NCBI GenBank assembly: GCA_034530615.2
Contig: JAVRCV020000041.1
Coordinates: forward strand, 96,001-160,000
Length of the DNA: 64,000 nucleotides
From: Aulosira sp. ZfuVER01
GTDB lineage: Bacteria; Cyanobacteriota; Cyanobacteriia; Cyanobacteriales; Nostocaceae
Direction: 5' to 3'
This document shows, piece by piece, positions 49,100 through 61,654 of the stretch. Within the stretch, counting starts at the first letter, position 1; every line of letters begins with the position of its first letter. A program made the translations under genes and the position numbers. Below the pieces are notes generated by a model. The model did not search any database. It saw only the letters and a list, made by a program, of their open reading frames with translations, and had not been told where the DNA came from.

Positions 49100-50014
49100 A
49101 TGAATACACAAGCAAAAGCGTTACTTTCACCGCTATTTGGGCTAATACGCATTTATCATAATTTGCAGTGGGAACTAGTTCTCATGTGGCAATTTATCTG
49201 GCGTGATTACTCAAGCGCCTTGCTACCTGGATTACTATTTTTAATAGCTGCTTGGAAAGTTAACTTATTGCCTTTAAATGAATTACCGTTGCAAATAGGC
49301 CGCGGCATCATTTATTTTTGGCTTTATATTTTGTCATTTTGTATTCCAAACCAAATTGTTGGCATAGAAGAAGATAAGCTGAATAAACCTAATCGTCCCC
49401 TTGTGACAGGACTTGTTTCTGTTCATGGAGCTTTGGTAAGGTGGGTTGTAAGCATGATTTTCTTTTCGTGTGTAGGATGGTGGTTTGGGGTTTTAGAGTG
49501 GGCACTACTCTGGCAAATCTGCATTATTTTGAATAACTTTGGCAGATGGGACAAGCACTGGATTACCAAAAACATAATCATGGGAGTAGGCACAGTTGCT
49601 CAACTTGCAGCGGCTTATCAACTAGTAGCACCTTTAACTCCTATTGCATGGCGTTGGATTTTAGTGTTGGCTGGTGTGTGGCTAACTATCTCTGCTGTTC
49701 AGGATTTGCGAGATATTGAAGGCGATCGCGCTATTGGTAGAAACACATTGCCAATTGCTTTTGGAGAAACTGCAAGCCGAGTAATACTGAGTTTAGGCTT
49801 TGCATTGTTGCCATTCGCGACTCATTTATTATTAATGATGCCTGTAGGAATAACAGCAAAAGTATTACTTTGCGATATGGCTCTTGCAGTTTTGAGTTTG
49901 ATAGTTGCAGTACGGATTATCTTTTATCGTTCTCCACAAGCAGATCATCGCACCTATATGCTATTCACATACTGGTTTTGTCTAATCCTAGCTAGTGCGA
50001 TCGTTATCCTGTAA
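49100..50014 (+). CDS. UbiA-superfamily membrane protein with terpene-cyclase-type motifs
   Basis: NQIVGIEEDKLNKPNRPL and QDLRDIEGDRAIGRNTLP; multiple TM helices. Confidence 0.8.
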   Translation: MNTQAKALLSPLFGLIRIYHNLQWELVLMWQFIWRDYSSALLPGLLFLIAAWKVNLLPLNELPLQIGRGIIYFWLYILSFCIPNQIVGIEEDKLNKPNRPLVTGLVSVHGALVRWVVSMIFFSCVGWWFGVLEWALLWQICIILNNFGRWDKHWITKNIIMGVGTVAQLAAAYQLVAPLTPIAWRWILVLAGVWLTISAVQDLRDIEGDRAIGRNTLPIAFGETASRVILSLGFALLPFATHLLLMMPVGITAKVLLCDMALAVLSLIVAVRIIFYRSPQADHRTYMLFTYWFCLILASAIVIL

Positions 50015-50088
50015 ATTTATGCCATTAACACTAGTAATACTTCAAAAATCAAAGAAAAACATTGAGCACAATTTTTGGAGAAACATAA

Positions 50089-51483
50089 ATGCAACTACCT
50101 AATCGTCTCAAAACTCCCTCTTTTCTACAAAAGCTCCAATGGATTGCCAATCCTGTAAAATACCTAGAAAAAGCCTTCCAACAGTATCCTGATATTTTCA
50201 CTGCTGAAGTGATTGGTTTTGGGGACACCCTAGTATTTGTGAACCATCCCCAAGCAATAAAAGAAATTTTAACTAACGATAGAAGAACATTTACAGCCTC
50301 CAGTGAAGTGAATAGAATTTTGCGACCCATAGTAGGTGACTATTCACTCATGATGTTGGATGGCGAATACCATAAACAACGACGACAATTGTTGATGCCC
50401 TCCTTTCATGGAGAACGGATGCGAGCTTACGGTCAGTTAATTATTCATCTGACAGAAAATATCTTTAGTCAGTTACCGTTAAACAAGCCCTTTGCTGCGG
50501 TTTATACAATGCAAGAGATTTCCTTGCAAGTTATATTACAGACTGTTTTTGGCTTTTATGAAGGAGAACGTTGCCAAAAACTCAAGCATTTAATACCAAA
50601 CTTAGTTATGCAGTTGTTTCGTTCTCCATTAGTTTCTAGCTTCTTGTTTTTTCCTTTTCTACAACGAGATTTAGGATCTTTGACACCTTGGGGGAATTTT
50701 CTGCGCTTAAGAGAGCAAGTTGATGAATTGCTTTATGCAGAAATTGCTGAACGCCGAAAGCATATCGATCCAGATCGCTTTGATATTCTTTCCTCCTTGA
50801 TGTTAGCGAGGGATGAAGCTGGCAAGCAAATGACAGATCGGGAGTTGCGCGATGAATTGATTAATTTAATGATTTCCGGGCATGAAACTACAGCAACAGC
50901 AATGGCTTGGGGACTATATTGGTTTCTTAAGAAACCAGAAGTTGGTGAAAAAATTCTTCACGAACTGCATAGCTTGGGTGATTCTCAAGATCCTATGAAA
51001 ATTTTTCAGTTACCTTATCTCACTGCTGTCTGTAATGAAACCATGCGCATTTACCCAGTGACAGTTATGACACTCCCAAGGGTAGTGCAAGAACCAGTGG
51101 AACTACTGGGACATCAATTAGAACCTGGTACAACAGTCGTGGGTAGTATTTATCTGGCACATCGGCGTCAGGATGTATATCCACAGCCCGACGAGTTTAG
51201 ACCAGAGCGTTTTCTGGAAAAACAATTTTCTCCCTATGAATTTCTGCCTTTTGGTGGTGGTGCCCGTGGTTGTATTGGTCAGGCTTTGGCTACATTTGAA
51301 ATGAAGCTAGTATTGGCAACTATTCTCTCTAAATATCAACTGGCACTAGCAGACCAACGCTCTGAGAAACCTCAACGTAGAGGTGTTGTAATTAGACCTG
51401 GAAATGGAGTCAACGTAGTAATTACAGGGCAGCGTACACCTCAACAGTCTCCAACTGCTATGGTAACTACACCAACTCTATAG
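50089..51483 (+). CDS. Cytochrome P450 (CYP110-like), paralog of 32989
   Basis: SGHETT, ETMR, PERF, FGGGARGCIG. Confidence 0.95.
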   Translation: MQLPNRLKTPSFLQKLQWIANPVKYLEKAFQQYPDIFTAEVIGFGDTLVFVNHPQAIKEILTNDRRTFTASSEVNRILRPIVGDYSLMMLDGEYHKQRRQLLMPSFHGERMRAYGQLIIHLTENIFSQLPLNKPFAAVYTMQEISLQVILQTVFGFYEGERCQKLKHLIPNLVMQLFRSPLVSSFLFFPFLQRDLGSLTPWGNFLRLREQVDELLYAEIAERRKHIDPDRFDILSSLMLARDEAGKQMTDRELRDELINLMISGHETTATAMAWGLYWFLKKPEVGEKILHELHSLGDSQDPMKIFQLPYLTAVCNETMRIYPVTVMTLPRVVQEPVELLGHQLEPGTTVVGSIYLAHRRQDVYPQPDEFRPERFLEKQFSPYEFLPFGGGARGCIGQALATFEMKLVLATILSKYQLALADQRSEKPQRRGVVIRPGNGVNVVITGQRTPQQSPTAMVTTPTL

Positions 51484-51496
51484 TTCTAATACTTCT

Positions 51497-54400
51497 TCAC
51501 TGTCTCATTGGAATTTCAATCACAAACTCAGTTCCCTCTCCTGGTGTAGACTCACAGAACAACTTTCCTTTGTGTTTATCTACAACAATTTGATAGCTAA
51601 TTGACAATCCTAGTCCTGTACCGCTCCCAACTGGCTTGGTGGTAAAAAATGGGTCAAAGATTTTTTGTTGCACCTCAGGATTCATACCAAGACCATTATC
51701 AACAATCCGAATCCTGACAGTATTTTTGTCTGCTAACTCGGTGAGAATGCGAATTTTAGGAACTTTTAATTGATGGTTTTTCCCATTTTTCATATTCCCT
51801 TCTTTATTTCTATCATCCAACGCATCGATCGCATTACTCAGGATATTCATAAACATCTGATTTAACTGACCAGCATAACAAGTCACCTCTGGCAGATCGC
51901 CATATTCTTTGATAACTTCTATCTCAGGACGGTCATTATTTGCTTGAAGTTTGTGTTGCAAAATCATTAAACTATTATCGATTCCCTCATGAATATCTAC
52001 GAGCTTCATGTCAGCTTCGTCTAATCGAGAGAAGTTGCGTAAACCTAAAACAATATTCCGGATGCGTGATGTTCCTATCTTCATAGAATCCAAAACCTTT
52101 GGCAAATCTTGCGCTAAGAAATTCAGGTCTATTTCTTCAGACTTTTCAGCAATTTGAGCCGAGGGATTGGGATATTCTTGCTGATAAATAGCAATCAAAT
52201 CTAATAGATCTTGCACGTACTCTTGTGTATGATTAATATTGCCGTGAATAAAGTTGATGGGGTTATTTATTTCATGGGCAACTCCCGCTACCATTTGCCC
52301 CAAACTAGACATTTTTTCACTTTGAATCAGTTGCGTTTGGGCGTTTTTTAAATCCAGTATTACTTGTTTTAATCGCTGATTATTCTCATTGAGTTCCTGT
52401 GTTCTACGTTCAACTTTCTCTTCTAAGTTATGGCTATATTCTTCTAAGCGTTCTTTTGCTTGTGCCAAGTCCTTGTAGAGGATAGCATTCTCTAGAGAGA
52501 TTGCCGCTTGGGTAGTAATTATTTGTAAAAGTTCTAGGCGATCGCGTGTAAACGCTCCTGTTGTCAGATTATTTTCTAGATACAATATCCCAATAAGTTT
52601 TCCTTGGTTGAGAATGGGAATACATAACAGACTCTTAGGTCGCTCGCGAATAATATAGCGATCGTTTGCTATAAATTCTTCTAATTTGGCATCATCAACA
52701 ATAAATCTTTCTTTTGTACGTTTGACATAATTAATCAAAGCAATTGGCAGAGCGGAGCTACCAGAAAGGCTAATTGATGGGAATTGCGTGCAAATGGATG
52801 ACAAAGCAGAATTGTAACTGATAGCAGTAACAGTTAAATCTAAATTTTCACCGGGATTGAGCATTAAAGCACATTTAGAAGCCCCAGCATTTTCCATAAC
52901 TACTTTCATTAAAGTAGATAACAATTGCTCTAGTTCAATTTCTCCAGAAAGTGCTTGTGAGGCTTTAATTACAGATGTCAAATCCAAAGAATCAGAAATA
53001 CTCTTACGAGAGCTAATAAAAGTTTGGTGGCTGCTTTGACTAGATAAAGTGGCGTGATGAGAAAAACTATTGTTTTCAGTGGTAGATGGACTTAGTTGAC
53101 CTTGCTGAAAAATTTGAGTAAGTAATTGGGGATAACGTTTCTCCAAATCGTCAACTTTGGCTTTTGCTCCCCAACGCAAATAACAATAATATGCATCAGT
53201 GAGGTAAGTTTGAGCTATCTTGTGTTTGCCCCATTCTAGATAAAATCGAGCAGCTAGTTCGTTAGCAAGAGCTTCTTCATTAATGTACTCATTTTCTCTA
53301 GCAAGCTCGATGGCGCGCTCATAATCATCCATTGCTTCAAGATATTTACTAAAAACCCGATTTATTTCTGCCTCGACTAAATAATACTTGTGTAAATTAT
53401 TCATTGGAGCATTATTTGCCCAATGATGCATTTTTTGCTGATTGGCTTTTACTCTGTCAATAATGTACTTTTGTTGAGATTCGCCTACATCAGAATACAC
53501 CGCGAGTTGTGCGAGAGAATCGTAAAAATAAAACAGAGGGAAAACAAGATTTCCTACACCAGCATATAAATATTTTTCTGCCAATGTGGCATTTTCAACT
53601 GCTTGACTAAAATCCTTAAATAGGTAACTTAGCTGAAGCTTGGAGCAATATAGATATAACAGTCCACTTCCATCCTTAGCTTCAAGATGAATCGGCAGTA
53701 TTTTCTCTTCGTCGTATGCATTACCAATTAAACAATCAGGATTTTCTGCACCTTCAAGCAAGTTCAACACTGTTTGGTGATAAATACTATTCCAGTAACA
53801 AGCTCTTTCTTGTTTAATTTGATTAATTGCATTTCCGTAGTTTGCTATCTGCAATTCCAGCCCTATCAGTTCACTACCAATAAAATATGAATAGGAAGAA
53901 TAATTGTAAAGGGCAAAAGCTGCAAATTCCAAATCTCCAGTTTCTAGTCCCCTAGAGTAAGCCTCTAATAAGTACTGTAAACTTTCTTTTGTATGCTTTT
54001 TAAAATGTCTGATAGCACCATAAAATACCATCATTATCTTAGCTTGTACTTCTCTGAAGTTATAACGATCTACCAAACATAAAGCCAGCTTGCCAAATTT
54101 ATACCCCGATTCAATATCTCCTACTACCCCACAAAGTATAAATCCGTAAGTAACATAGGCATAAGCAGATAAAGGAGCGTTACCATATTTAAGCGATAAG
54201 TCAATTTGTTTCAAAATAACCAGTGGGAATAGCTCTGGAGCCACTGCATAAGAAAAAGTACCTGTAGTAGCTAGAATACGCATAGCTGCTAATTGTTGAG
54301 CTTCTACCATTTCTGGCAGATTGATTAAGCCTTCAATAGACTTATCAGTCAAGTGTGATGTTATTTCTTGCATTGCCAGTTGCACATCAGATTGACATGG

Positions 54401-57115
54401 ATTTTCAGGGAAGTAAACTCCCAAATCTTTAAGAACAGTCAGAGCAATTGTTACAGCTTCAAGAGTTCGGTTTTGGACTCCATAAGCTTTAATAATTAGT
54501 TCATAAACTTTCACTTTTTCTAGCAGCGTTTTGGTCTTTGACAATACTATTTCTGCTAATTGCTCTATCTCCTCAAATTCGCCTGCCAAGTAAGCAGCTT
54601 CTGCTGCTGTCTCATACAAAGCTAGGGTTAGCTCATATTTTTTATCCCAGCTATCATCAGCAAGTAATTCGATTCCAGTTTTTAAATAGTTAAGCGCAGA
54701 TGAATAAGCTGTTGATGCCAAAGCTTTACGTCCAGCAGTCAGATTCATTTCAGCTAAATGATCGCGTTTAGACTGGTGAGTAATGAACTCTAACGCGATA
54801 TTGAACTGATTGACAAGCTCAAAGATTTTTTCTTCTCGTTCTGCAATTGGGGTATTACTTAATAACAAGAGTCCAATTTTTAAGTGAATTGGCTTTTTTT
54901 GTTCTACAGGAATTAAAGAATAAGCAGCCTGCTGTACCCGGTCATGTACAAATTTATATTTGGGAAATTGGAAATCTGGAATTTGTGAATGTTGCTCTTC
55001 TTGAGGATTAAGATCCATTCCTAAATCATGCTCATCTTGAAATAACTTATAAGCATCATTTTGAGCTAAAACTAACCCATCACGTAATGCTGGCAATAAG
55101 TCAAATGATGTATCTAGGGTAGATTTTTCATGGACGATCGCCAGAGTTTTTAAATCAAACTCATTACCAATACACGCTGCTAGCATCAAGGCTTTTTGAG
55201 TATGTATTGGCAATTTTTCTATTTGGTTTGCCATGAACTTGACAACATCATCTGTTAGAGATAACGCTTCTATCTCTACAAGGTCATACTGCCAAAATCC
55301 TCCATTGAAGTTAAATTTAATTAAATTATCATCATGCAGAGTATTAAGAAATTGATTGCTAAAAAAGGGATTACCTTTAGTTTTGGCAAACACCATCTGG
55401 GTGAGAGGAGCAGCAGCAGCTTCTTGGCAATGCAGAGTATCAGCAATCAACCGGTTTAAATCTTCTTGAATTAAGGGTGCGAGACTAATATTATTAATAG
55501 TCACTCCCATTTTCTCAATCTCTTGGATTTTTAAATAAAGTGGGTGTGCATTTGAAACTTCGTTATCTCGATATGCACCAATCAGCAGCATTCCTCCACT
55601 TTCTGCTTTATTTCCTGCTTCACCTACAAGTTGGGAAGATGTGTTTTCACTCATTAATAGTTGAATGAATTTTAAAGAAGTCACATCTGCCCATTGCAAA
55701 TCATCTAAAAAAATTACCAGAGGATGTTCTTTTGTGGCGAATACTTGAATAAATCGCTGGAATAATAAATGAAACCGATTTTGATTAGCGCTACCAGAGA
55801 GTTCTATTACCTCAGGTTGCTTGCCAAGAATTAGTTCTAGTTCGGGTATCACATCAGTAATTACCTGACTTTGCTCACCTAATGCTGACAGAATATTAGT
55901 TTTCCACTGTTGAATTTGGGCATCAGTTTCACTGAGTAATTGCCCAATTAAATCTCGAAAGGCTTGCACTAATCCTGATAAAGGAATATCACGTTGAAAC
56001 TGATCGAATTTTCCTTTAATGAAGTAACTACGCTGCCGCACAATCGGTTTGTGGACTTCGTTAACCACAGCCGTTTTGCCTATCCCAGATAAACCCGTGA
56101 CTAACATCATTTCAGTTGTACCGCCTGCTACCCTTTCAAAAGCAGCAAGTAGGGTTTCTACTTCTTGTTGGCGACCATAGAGTTTTTCGGGGATGAGGAA
56201 ATTGTCTGAAAAATCGCGCACTCCCAACTCAAAAGCGGGAATATTTCCTGTGTCTTGCCACAAACAGCGACACTTCTCTAAGTCATGCTTAAGTCCGTGT
56301 GTACTCTGATAGCGGTCTTCCGCATTTTTCGCCATCAGCTTGTTAACGATCTCAGACAACATCAGGGGTATATTAGAGTTAATCTTGTTAGCTTTTAGCG
56401 GTTCTTTGGCAATGTGGGAATAAACTAACTCCATTGGGTCAGTGGTGGTGAAGGGTAACTGTCCAGTGAGGAGTTCAAAGAAGGTGACACCCAAAGAATA
56501 AAAATCAGTACGGTAGTCGATACCTCGGTTCATCCTTCCCGTCTGTTCGGGCGAAATGTATGCTAACGTGCCTTCTAAGACGTTGGGATTGGTAAGGAAT
56601 TGAATTTCTCTTGGTAAAAGAGTAGCCAGACTAAAGTCAATGATTTTTACCTCGCCTGTAGTGGGATTTATCAGAATGTTGGCGGGTTTGATATCTTTGT
56701 GGATGATGCGATCGCGATGCAGACCCTCCAAGATTGATGTAATTTCGATGGACATAGAAAAAAACTCGCTCAGAGACACAGAATTTTTGCCTATTCTCTG
56801 ATTAGCCAATTGCCAGTCTTTGAGGGAAACGCCCCCATAATCTTCCATGACTAAGGCATAGCTGTTGCGATAGTTTTCTAAGCTTAAGGGTTTGACTATG
56901 CCAGGAATTTCGAGGTTTTTGGTGATGTTGTATTGATTGCGGAATTGAGCAATTTCAGTGAAGGTAGGATACTCACTCCGCATCAGTTTAATAATGACTG
57001 GTTTTTGGTCTTGTTCTCTAATACCCCGATAAACAATAGTTTTACTACCTGAGTAAATTTTTTCTGTAATCCGATAGCCTGCAATATTATTTAATGAATT
57101 AATTACAATTGACAT
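51497..57115 (-). CDS. Ser/Thr kinase - AAA ATPase - GAF - histidine kinase fusion (HstK-like)
   Basis: [20 protein letters not shown]-loop [33 protein letters not shown]. Confidence 0.95.
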   Translation of the reverse strand: MSIVINSLNNIAGYRITEKIYSGSKTIVYRGIREQDQKPVIIKLMRSEYPTFTEIAQFRNQYNITKNLEIPGIVKPLSLENYRNSYALVMEDYGGVSLKDWQLANQRIGKNSVSLSEFFSMSIEITSILEGLHRDRIIHKDIKPANILINPTTGEVKIIDFSLATLLPREIQFLTNPNVLEGTLAYISPEQTGRMNRGIDYRTDFYSLGVTFFELLTGQLPFTTTDPMELVYSHIAKEPLKANKINSNIPLMLSEIVNKLMAKNAEDRYQSTHGLKHDLEKCRCLWQDTGNIPAFELGVRDFSDNFLIPEKLYGRQQEVETLLAAFERVAGGTTEMMLVTGLSGIGKTAVVNEVHKPIVRQRSYFIKGKFDQFQRDIPLSGLVQAFRDLIGQLLSETDAQIQQWKTNILSALGEQSQVITDVIPELELILGKQPEVIELSGSANQNRFHLLFQRFIQVFATKEHPLVIFLDDLQWADVTSLKFIQLLMSENTSSQLVGEAGNKAESGGMLLIGAYRDNEVSNAHPLYLKIQEIEKMGVTINNISLAPLIQEDLNRLIADTLHCQEAAAAPLTQMVFAKTKGNPFFSNQFLNTLHDDNLIKFNFNGGFWQYDLVEIEALSLTDDVVKFMANQIEKLPIHTQKALMLAACIGNEFDLKTLAIVHEKSTLDTSFDLLPALRDGLVLAQNDAYKLFQDEHDLGMDLNPQEEQHSQIPDFQFPKYKFVHDRVQQAAYSLIPVEQKKPIHLKIGLLLLSNTPIAEREEKIFELVNQFNIALEFITHQSKRDHLAEMNLTAGRKALASTAYSSALNYLKTGIELLADDSWDKKYELTLALYETAAEAAYLAGEFEEIEQLAEIVLSKTKTLLEKVKVYELIIKAYGVQNRTLEAVTIALTVLKDLGVYFPENPCQSDVQLAMQEITSHLTDKSIEGLINLPEMVEAQQLAAMRILATTGTFSYAVAPELFPLVILKQIDLSLKYGNAPLSAYAYVTYGFILCGVVGDIESGYKFGKLALCLVDRYNFREVQAKIMMVFYGAIRHFKKHTKESLQYLLEAYSRGLETGDLEFAAFALYNYSSYSYFIGSELIGLELQIANYGNAINQIKQERACYWNSIYHQTVLNLLEGAENPDCLIGNAYDEEKILPIHLEAKDGSGLLYLYCSKLQLSYLFKDFSQAVENATLAEKYLYAGVGNLVFPLFYFYDSLAQLAVYSDVGESQQKYIIDRVKANQQKMHHWANNAPMNNLHKYYLVEAEINRVFSKYLEAMDDYERAIELARENEYINEEALANELAARFYLEWGKHKIAQTYLTDAYYCYLRWGAKAKVDDLEKRYPQLLTQIFQQGQLSPSTTENNSFSHHATLSSQSSHQTFISSRKSISDSLDLTSVIKASQALSGEIELEQLLSTLMKVVMENAGASKCALMLNPGENLDLTVTAISYNSALSSICTQFPSISLSGSSALPIALINYVKRTKERFIVDDAKLEEFIANDRYIIRERPKSLLCIPILNQGKLIGILYLENNLTTGAFTRDRLELLQIITTQAAISLENAILYKDLAQAKERLEEYSHNLEEKVERRTQELNENNQRLKQVILDLKNAQTQLIQSEKMSSLGQMVAGVAHEINNPINFIHGNINHTQEYVQDLLDLIAIYQQEYPNPSAQIAEKSEEIDLNFLAQDLPKVLDSMKIGTSRIRNIVLGLRNFSRLDEADMKLVDIHEGIDNSLMILQHKLQANNDRPEIEVIKEYGDLPEVTCYAGQLNQMFMNILSNAIDALDDRNKEGNMKNGKNHQLKVPKIRILTELADKNTVRIRIVDNGLGMNPEVQQKIFDPFFTTKPVGSGTGLGLSISYQIVVDKHKGKLFCESTPGEGTEFVIEIPMRQ

Positions 57116-57527
57116 TTTACTTTAGGTTAATAGTCTTGGTGCTATTTAGTATTCCCATTTCATAATTTCGACTATCATTAAAATTTTATAAAATTGTATA
57201 TAAATACACACCTTTACCGAACTAAGTAAATACCGTAAGCTATTGAAAATAGTTATTTAATAATATGAATTTTGTAATTCACAAGACATTTTTTTAAACC
57301 AGAAAGATGTAGATCTGCGCGTAGAAAATGGTAGAGCTTGGTTCTTCGTTAATTTTGAGCTACTGTTAAAATTTAATGTTGTACTTGTTACTTAATGTGT
57401 TTACTAAGTTCAACAGATAGTTTGAGGATGCGATCGCATAGGTAGAGTAGATCTACTTAACCCAAATGTAGGAAGTATTTTTACAGGTATCGTGCGAACC
57501 TAGAAATAATTCATCTAGGATAAATTT

Positions 57528-57899
57528 ATGGCGAAAGAATCACAAAACAGCCTAGAGTCATCCCACGATGTCAGAGTCGCTGCTACCTCAAAAATCTGGG
57601 GAACTACAGTAGGAATCCTAGCGTTATGCATTCCGCTTTCAGCGGTAACAAGAAGTGGTGCTATTCTACCTTTAGCTGCTATTGGTGGTGCAGCAGCGGG
57701 TACGGTGGCTGTATGGCGTTCTGATGATAAAAAATCAAAACCTAACTATCTGCAACAGCAGCAGATAGAACTTTTAGAAACAAGAATAGCGAATTTAGAA
57801 ACGATTATTAGCAGCAATGACTTTGATTTACATATGAAAATTCAAAAATTAGAGGCAAGCAATAGCACTCAACAGTCACTTCCTGAACATCAAGCTTAA
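57528..57899 (+). CDS. Hypothetical membrane protein with C-terminal coiled coil
   Basis: Two hydrophobic helices followed by LETRIANLETII. Confidence 0.7.
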   Translation: MAKESQNSLESSHDVRVAATSKIWGTTVGILALCIPLSAVTRSGAILPLAAIGGAAAGTVAVWRSDDKKSKPNYLQQQQIELLETRIANLETIISSNDFDLHMKIQKLEASNSTQQSLPEHQA

Positions 57900-58302
57900 A
57901 ATTTAACGTATATTCTAATTTATACACATCTGATATCGTAATCCTTTGAGCCAGCGAAATCAGATGATTTTGACATAGTTATTAATAGCGTACCACCGTT
58001 GCGCCCCTTTTTGTCAGCCTTTGATTGCACTATTTTTTGCTGCTAGAACTGTTTCCATCGAAACAATATATTGCTCTGCATTTTAGTTAGAATGATTTGA
58101 CATCAATTAACTCTCTATACCTTAGACATATCAGTTAATGGTATGTTTGGGCGCTACTAGGTGTATCTCTACTGTGAACTCATGCTTTGTGCTTGTGTTC
58201 TATTAGACTGCTAAAATTACTGAATTTTAATCAATAACGATTATAAACTTGAGTAATTGTTTGGTATAGCTTACCTTAGGTATGCAATAGTGTTTGCCTC
58301 TC

Positions 58303-60096
58303 ATGCAGATGGATTGGATTAGCTTACTCAAAGCTCAACAAGCTGACTTCCTACAACGTGTCAAAAAGCTGAAAACACATGACTTATCTTTACTGAAAAG
58401 CCAAATTAAAGGTTGTCACAGTGAAATCATGACCTTTTGGGGTGAGCCATTGGCCAAAATAATGGAATTGTCTTGTCAACAAGCAGAAATTTTGGCTAAA
58501 AATCCACCACCAATACCACCTGAATATCCTGAACCACCTGACTGGACGATACCCTTTCCCCAGCACTTTCAACAACAAGCGCAAGATTATATTTTGCGCG
58601 AACAAATTGTCGATCGGGTGATGACGGAACGCCTGGGTAAGTTGGTGAAAAAGGTGTCGCAAGACACTATAAAAAATATGGTTTTAGATGATGAGGGAAA
58701 TTTACGCAGTCATAGTAAATTTTCTTATATACTCACAGCTAACCAAAAACTGAGTATTCAAGTTTACGCGGCTGATGGCGAAAGTTTTAATGCAATTAAG
58801 AAGAATAAAATTAAGTGGTCAGTTACTCAAGAAGATCTGCAAAAACATCAAGTATTAATTTTTCTGGCTTTATTTTATCCAGAGCATGGTAAATTAGGAT
58901 ACGAAAAACAAGTAGTAATTACTGGATTTTTACCTAGCGCTCAACTGGAATTTACTGAACAAAAAATTTCCATTACTCCTGGTAACTTATTGTATGGAGG
59001 TGGATTAAGTTGGTATTTAGAATCACTAGTAAATAAAAAAGATGTGGTACTACTGCTTAATGAAGGGGCGATCGCAGAAACAGTTGTAACTGTACCAGCA
59101 GAACATCCGCTAAAGAAGATCGTCGGTGACTGGGAATACTGGCAGACCTTGAAAGGGCATACTAGAGGAATTAATTGCCTTGCCTATTCTGCTAGAACGC
59201 ATACCACTAACATTGATAGATGTAGTCTGAACACAACACCGCCGATATTAGCCAGTGGAAGTCGTGGCGAAACAAAGCTATGGGATTTAACTAAGGGTGA
59301 ATTAATCGAGACATTATCAGAGTCGCCTTGGGTTGTATCTGGACTAGTAGATGAAGTCAACTCCTTAGCTTTTAGTTCGGATGGACAGACTTTAGCTAGT
59401 GTGGGTGCAGATTCGACAATTAAAATTTGGCACGTAGGTGCATTAGATTTGATCGATATCTTGCACAAGCATAATGGAGTAGTCAGATGTGTTGCCTTTA
59501 CCCCAGATGGCAGAATGTTGGCTACTGGTGGGGATGACCGCAAAATTCTGTTTTGGGATTTGATGAAGCGTCAAGTCGCGATCGCTCTTTCTTTAGATGA
59601 TACAGCAGCTCATTCTTTGGCATTGAGCCAAGATGGTCAAACTCTCGTCACCGGTAGCTACCGCAAAATCAAAGTCTGGTGTACTTCTCACCTAGCAGGT
59701 GTGACAGATTTAAAAGATGTGCAACCCCTATACAACCTCATGGGTCATTCTCACATCGTTCGTGCCCTGGCTATCAGTGGCGATGGTAAACTACTCGTCA
59801 GTGGTAGCCGCGATCAAACAATTAAAATTTGGCAGTTGGAAACAGGGGAATTAATTCGTACCCTAAAGGGACATCAGGATGAAGTCTGCGCGATCGCCCT
59901 CAGTCCCGATGAACGAATTATCGCTAGTGGTAGTGCTGATAAAACTATCAAATTATGGCATTTAGAAACCGGAGAACTTCTAAGTACTTTTACTGGGCAT
60001 ACTGACACGGTAACAGCAGTGGCCTTTACTACTTCCGGTGAAATGCTAGTCAGTGGGAGTTTGGATAAAACAATTAAAATGTGGCAGCGAAGTTGA
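58303..60096 (+). CDS. WD40 repeat protein with uncharacterised N-terminal domain
   Basis: About seven GH..V..(L/V)A.S.DG..L.SGS.D.TIK.W repeats in the C-terminal half; start 58294-58309 uncertain. Confidence 0.9.
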   Translation: MQMDWISLLKAQQADFLQRVKKLKTHDLSLLKSQIKGCHSEIMTFWGEPLAKIMELSCQQAEILAKNPPPIPPEYPEPPDWTIPFPQHFQQQAQDYILREQIVDRVMTERLGKLVKKVSQDTIKNMVLDDEGNLRSHSKFSYILTANQKLSIQVYAADGESFNAIKKNKIKWSVTQEDLQKHQVLIFLALFYPEHGKLGYEKQVVITGFLPSAQLEFTEQKISITPGNLLYGGGLSWYLESLVNKKDVVLLLNEGAIAETVVTVPAEHPLKKIVGDWEYWQTLKGHTRGINCLAYSARTHTTNIDRCSLNTTPPILASGSRGETKLWDLTKGELIETLSESPWVVSGLVDEVNSLAFSSDGQTLASVGADSTIKIWHVGALDLIDILHKHNGVVRCVAFTPDGRMLATGGDDRKILFWDLMKRQVAIALSLDDTAAHSLALSQDGQTLVTGSYRKIKVWCTSHLAGVTDLKDVQPLYNLMGHSHIVRALAISGDGKLLVSGSRDQTIKIWQLETGELIRTLKGHQDEVCAIALSPDERIIASGSADKTIKLWHLETGELLSTFTGHTDTVTAVAFTTSGEMLVSGSLDKTIKMWQRS

Positions 60097-60687
60097 ATAT
60101 CTCCAGAAATACTCCCAAAAGTAACTCGCAAGTGTTTATACTATTTTGCCAGACAGGGTGCTTCCTAATATTTGGCATAATTTCAACGCCTTGTGAGTTA
60201 CCAAACAGGGTGCCACTTTTTTAATATCACACGTATTAAAAATCACTTACTTTACTAAAACTTTATAAAGTATTTCAGCTTATCTAGTTGTTGGCTAATA
60301 AGTAAAAATCTATCCTTTAGCGTATTTACATAGCTATAAGGTAGCTGAACTAATATATTTTTTACGTAAAGAGACGGAATAAAGTTGTTTTTTTTACCAA
60401 ATTTTCGTAAATTAAGTAAGTTCTCTAAGTGCAAATAATTTATACATAAATCGTCTGCGCGCGAAAAAGCTAATTTAAAGGCTGAAATTGTCTTTAAACA
60501 TAAGTTCGCCTGCCAGGTGTGCAGCTACTAATACTTTTGTATTTGTCTAACTTTTAGCACCTATCCGCTGTTAATTTACTTGTCATGAATTTGCGGTGGG
60601 TAGGTACTACAAGTGTGATTGCGTAAAGTATGCAATCACACGCAACTTTTGTATACTCAATTTTCCACAACACCTAATTTTTCAGGA

Positions 60688-61338
60688 ATGAATTCCATGA
60701 CTAGTGCAACTCTCTTCAAGAAGTTATCAATTGCTACTGCTGGAGCAGTGTTTATCGGTATGGGGATGGGAGGAACCGCCCATGCTGCCGCAATTAACTT
60801 TGATTCACCTACAGTAGACTTTACTAATGGTGCTTGGAGCCTTGGTTTTAAATTTTCTACCAATAAACAAGTAACGGTTAATCAACTTGGTTTTTACGAT
60901 GACCAAAAAAATGATTTAACTCAAACCCATGATGTTGGTATATTTAATGACGCTGGCGCTCTACTAGTATCAGGAACGGTGAAACCAGGCGATACATTAG
61001 ATGGTTGGTTTCGCTATACATCTGTTGCTCAAACAATATTAGATGCTGGCAAAACCTTTGTGATCGCTGCTACTACTGGATCGGAAAATTACACTTGGAA
61101 CCCAAATGGCTTTACAGTAGACCCAGCCATAAACTTAATCAATGATATATATAAGAGCAGCGCTGCTTTAGCTTTCCCAACTGACGGGCCCGATCAAGTA
61201 AAAGGATACTTTGGGCCGAACTTCAAAACGGCTGAATCCGTTCCTGAACCCCTAACTCTAGGTGGTACAGTACTAGCTGGTGGCATTGGCTTGCTAATAA
61301 AGAAGAGAAAAGCAGCTTCTCAGCAGGCTAAAGCTTAA
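60688..61338 (+). CDS. PEP-CTERM sorted surface protein (DUF4082-like domain)
   Basis: Signal peptide ending AHA; SLGFKF...V.VNQLGFYD; C-terminal VPEP-TM-KKRK. Confidence 0.85.
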   Translation: MNSMTSATLFKKLSIATAGAVFIGMGMGGTAHAAAINFDSPTVDFTNGAWSLGFKFSTNKQVTVNQLGFYDDQKNDLTQTHDVGIFNDAGALLVSGTVKPGDTLDGWFRYTSVAQTILDAGKTFVIAATTGSENYTWNPNGFTVDPAINLINDIYKSSAALAFPTDGPDQVKGYFGPNFKTAESVPEPLTLGGTVLAGGIGLLIKKRKAASQQAKA

Positions 61339-61654
61339 CAATAATCCGATTTCAGCGACAAGCACCCGATCGCTTATTTCAATGGGGGAGTCAGAGATAT
61401 TGTAAATTAGCTGGATAAGTATTTTTTACTAACAAGCCAAGATGCAAAAATTTTCTTTGTGTCTTGGTTTTTTAGCACAATATTCTTAATTCTTTCTAAA
61501 AATAGAAAATTACATATATAGCAGAATCTCATAGCCTTAATCAAAAAAAGCCAATTATAAAGTAATATTACAAACCTTGGAAAAATATTGAGAAATTGGC
61601 TGCTAGCCAAACCTGGCTCTAAGGTAGAACCTATAGGAGAGACTTGAGGCGAAT

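Noticed and set aside
51497..57115. 1872-aa kinase fusion as a novelty
   Set aside because: This architecture is a common multi-copy family in Nostocales
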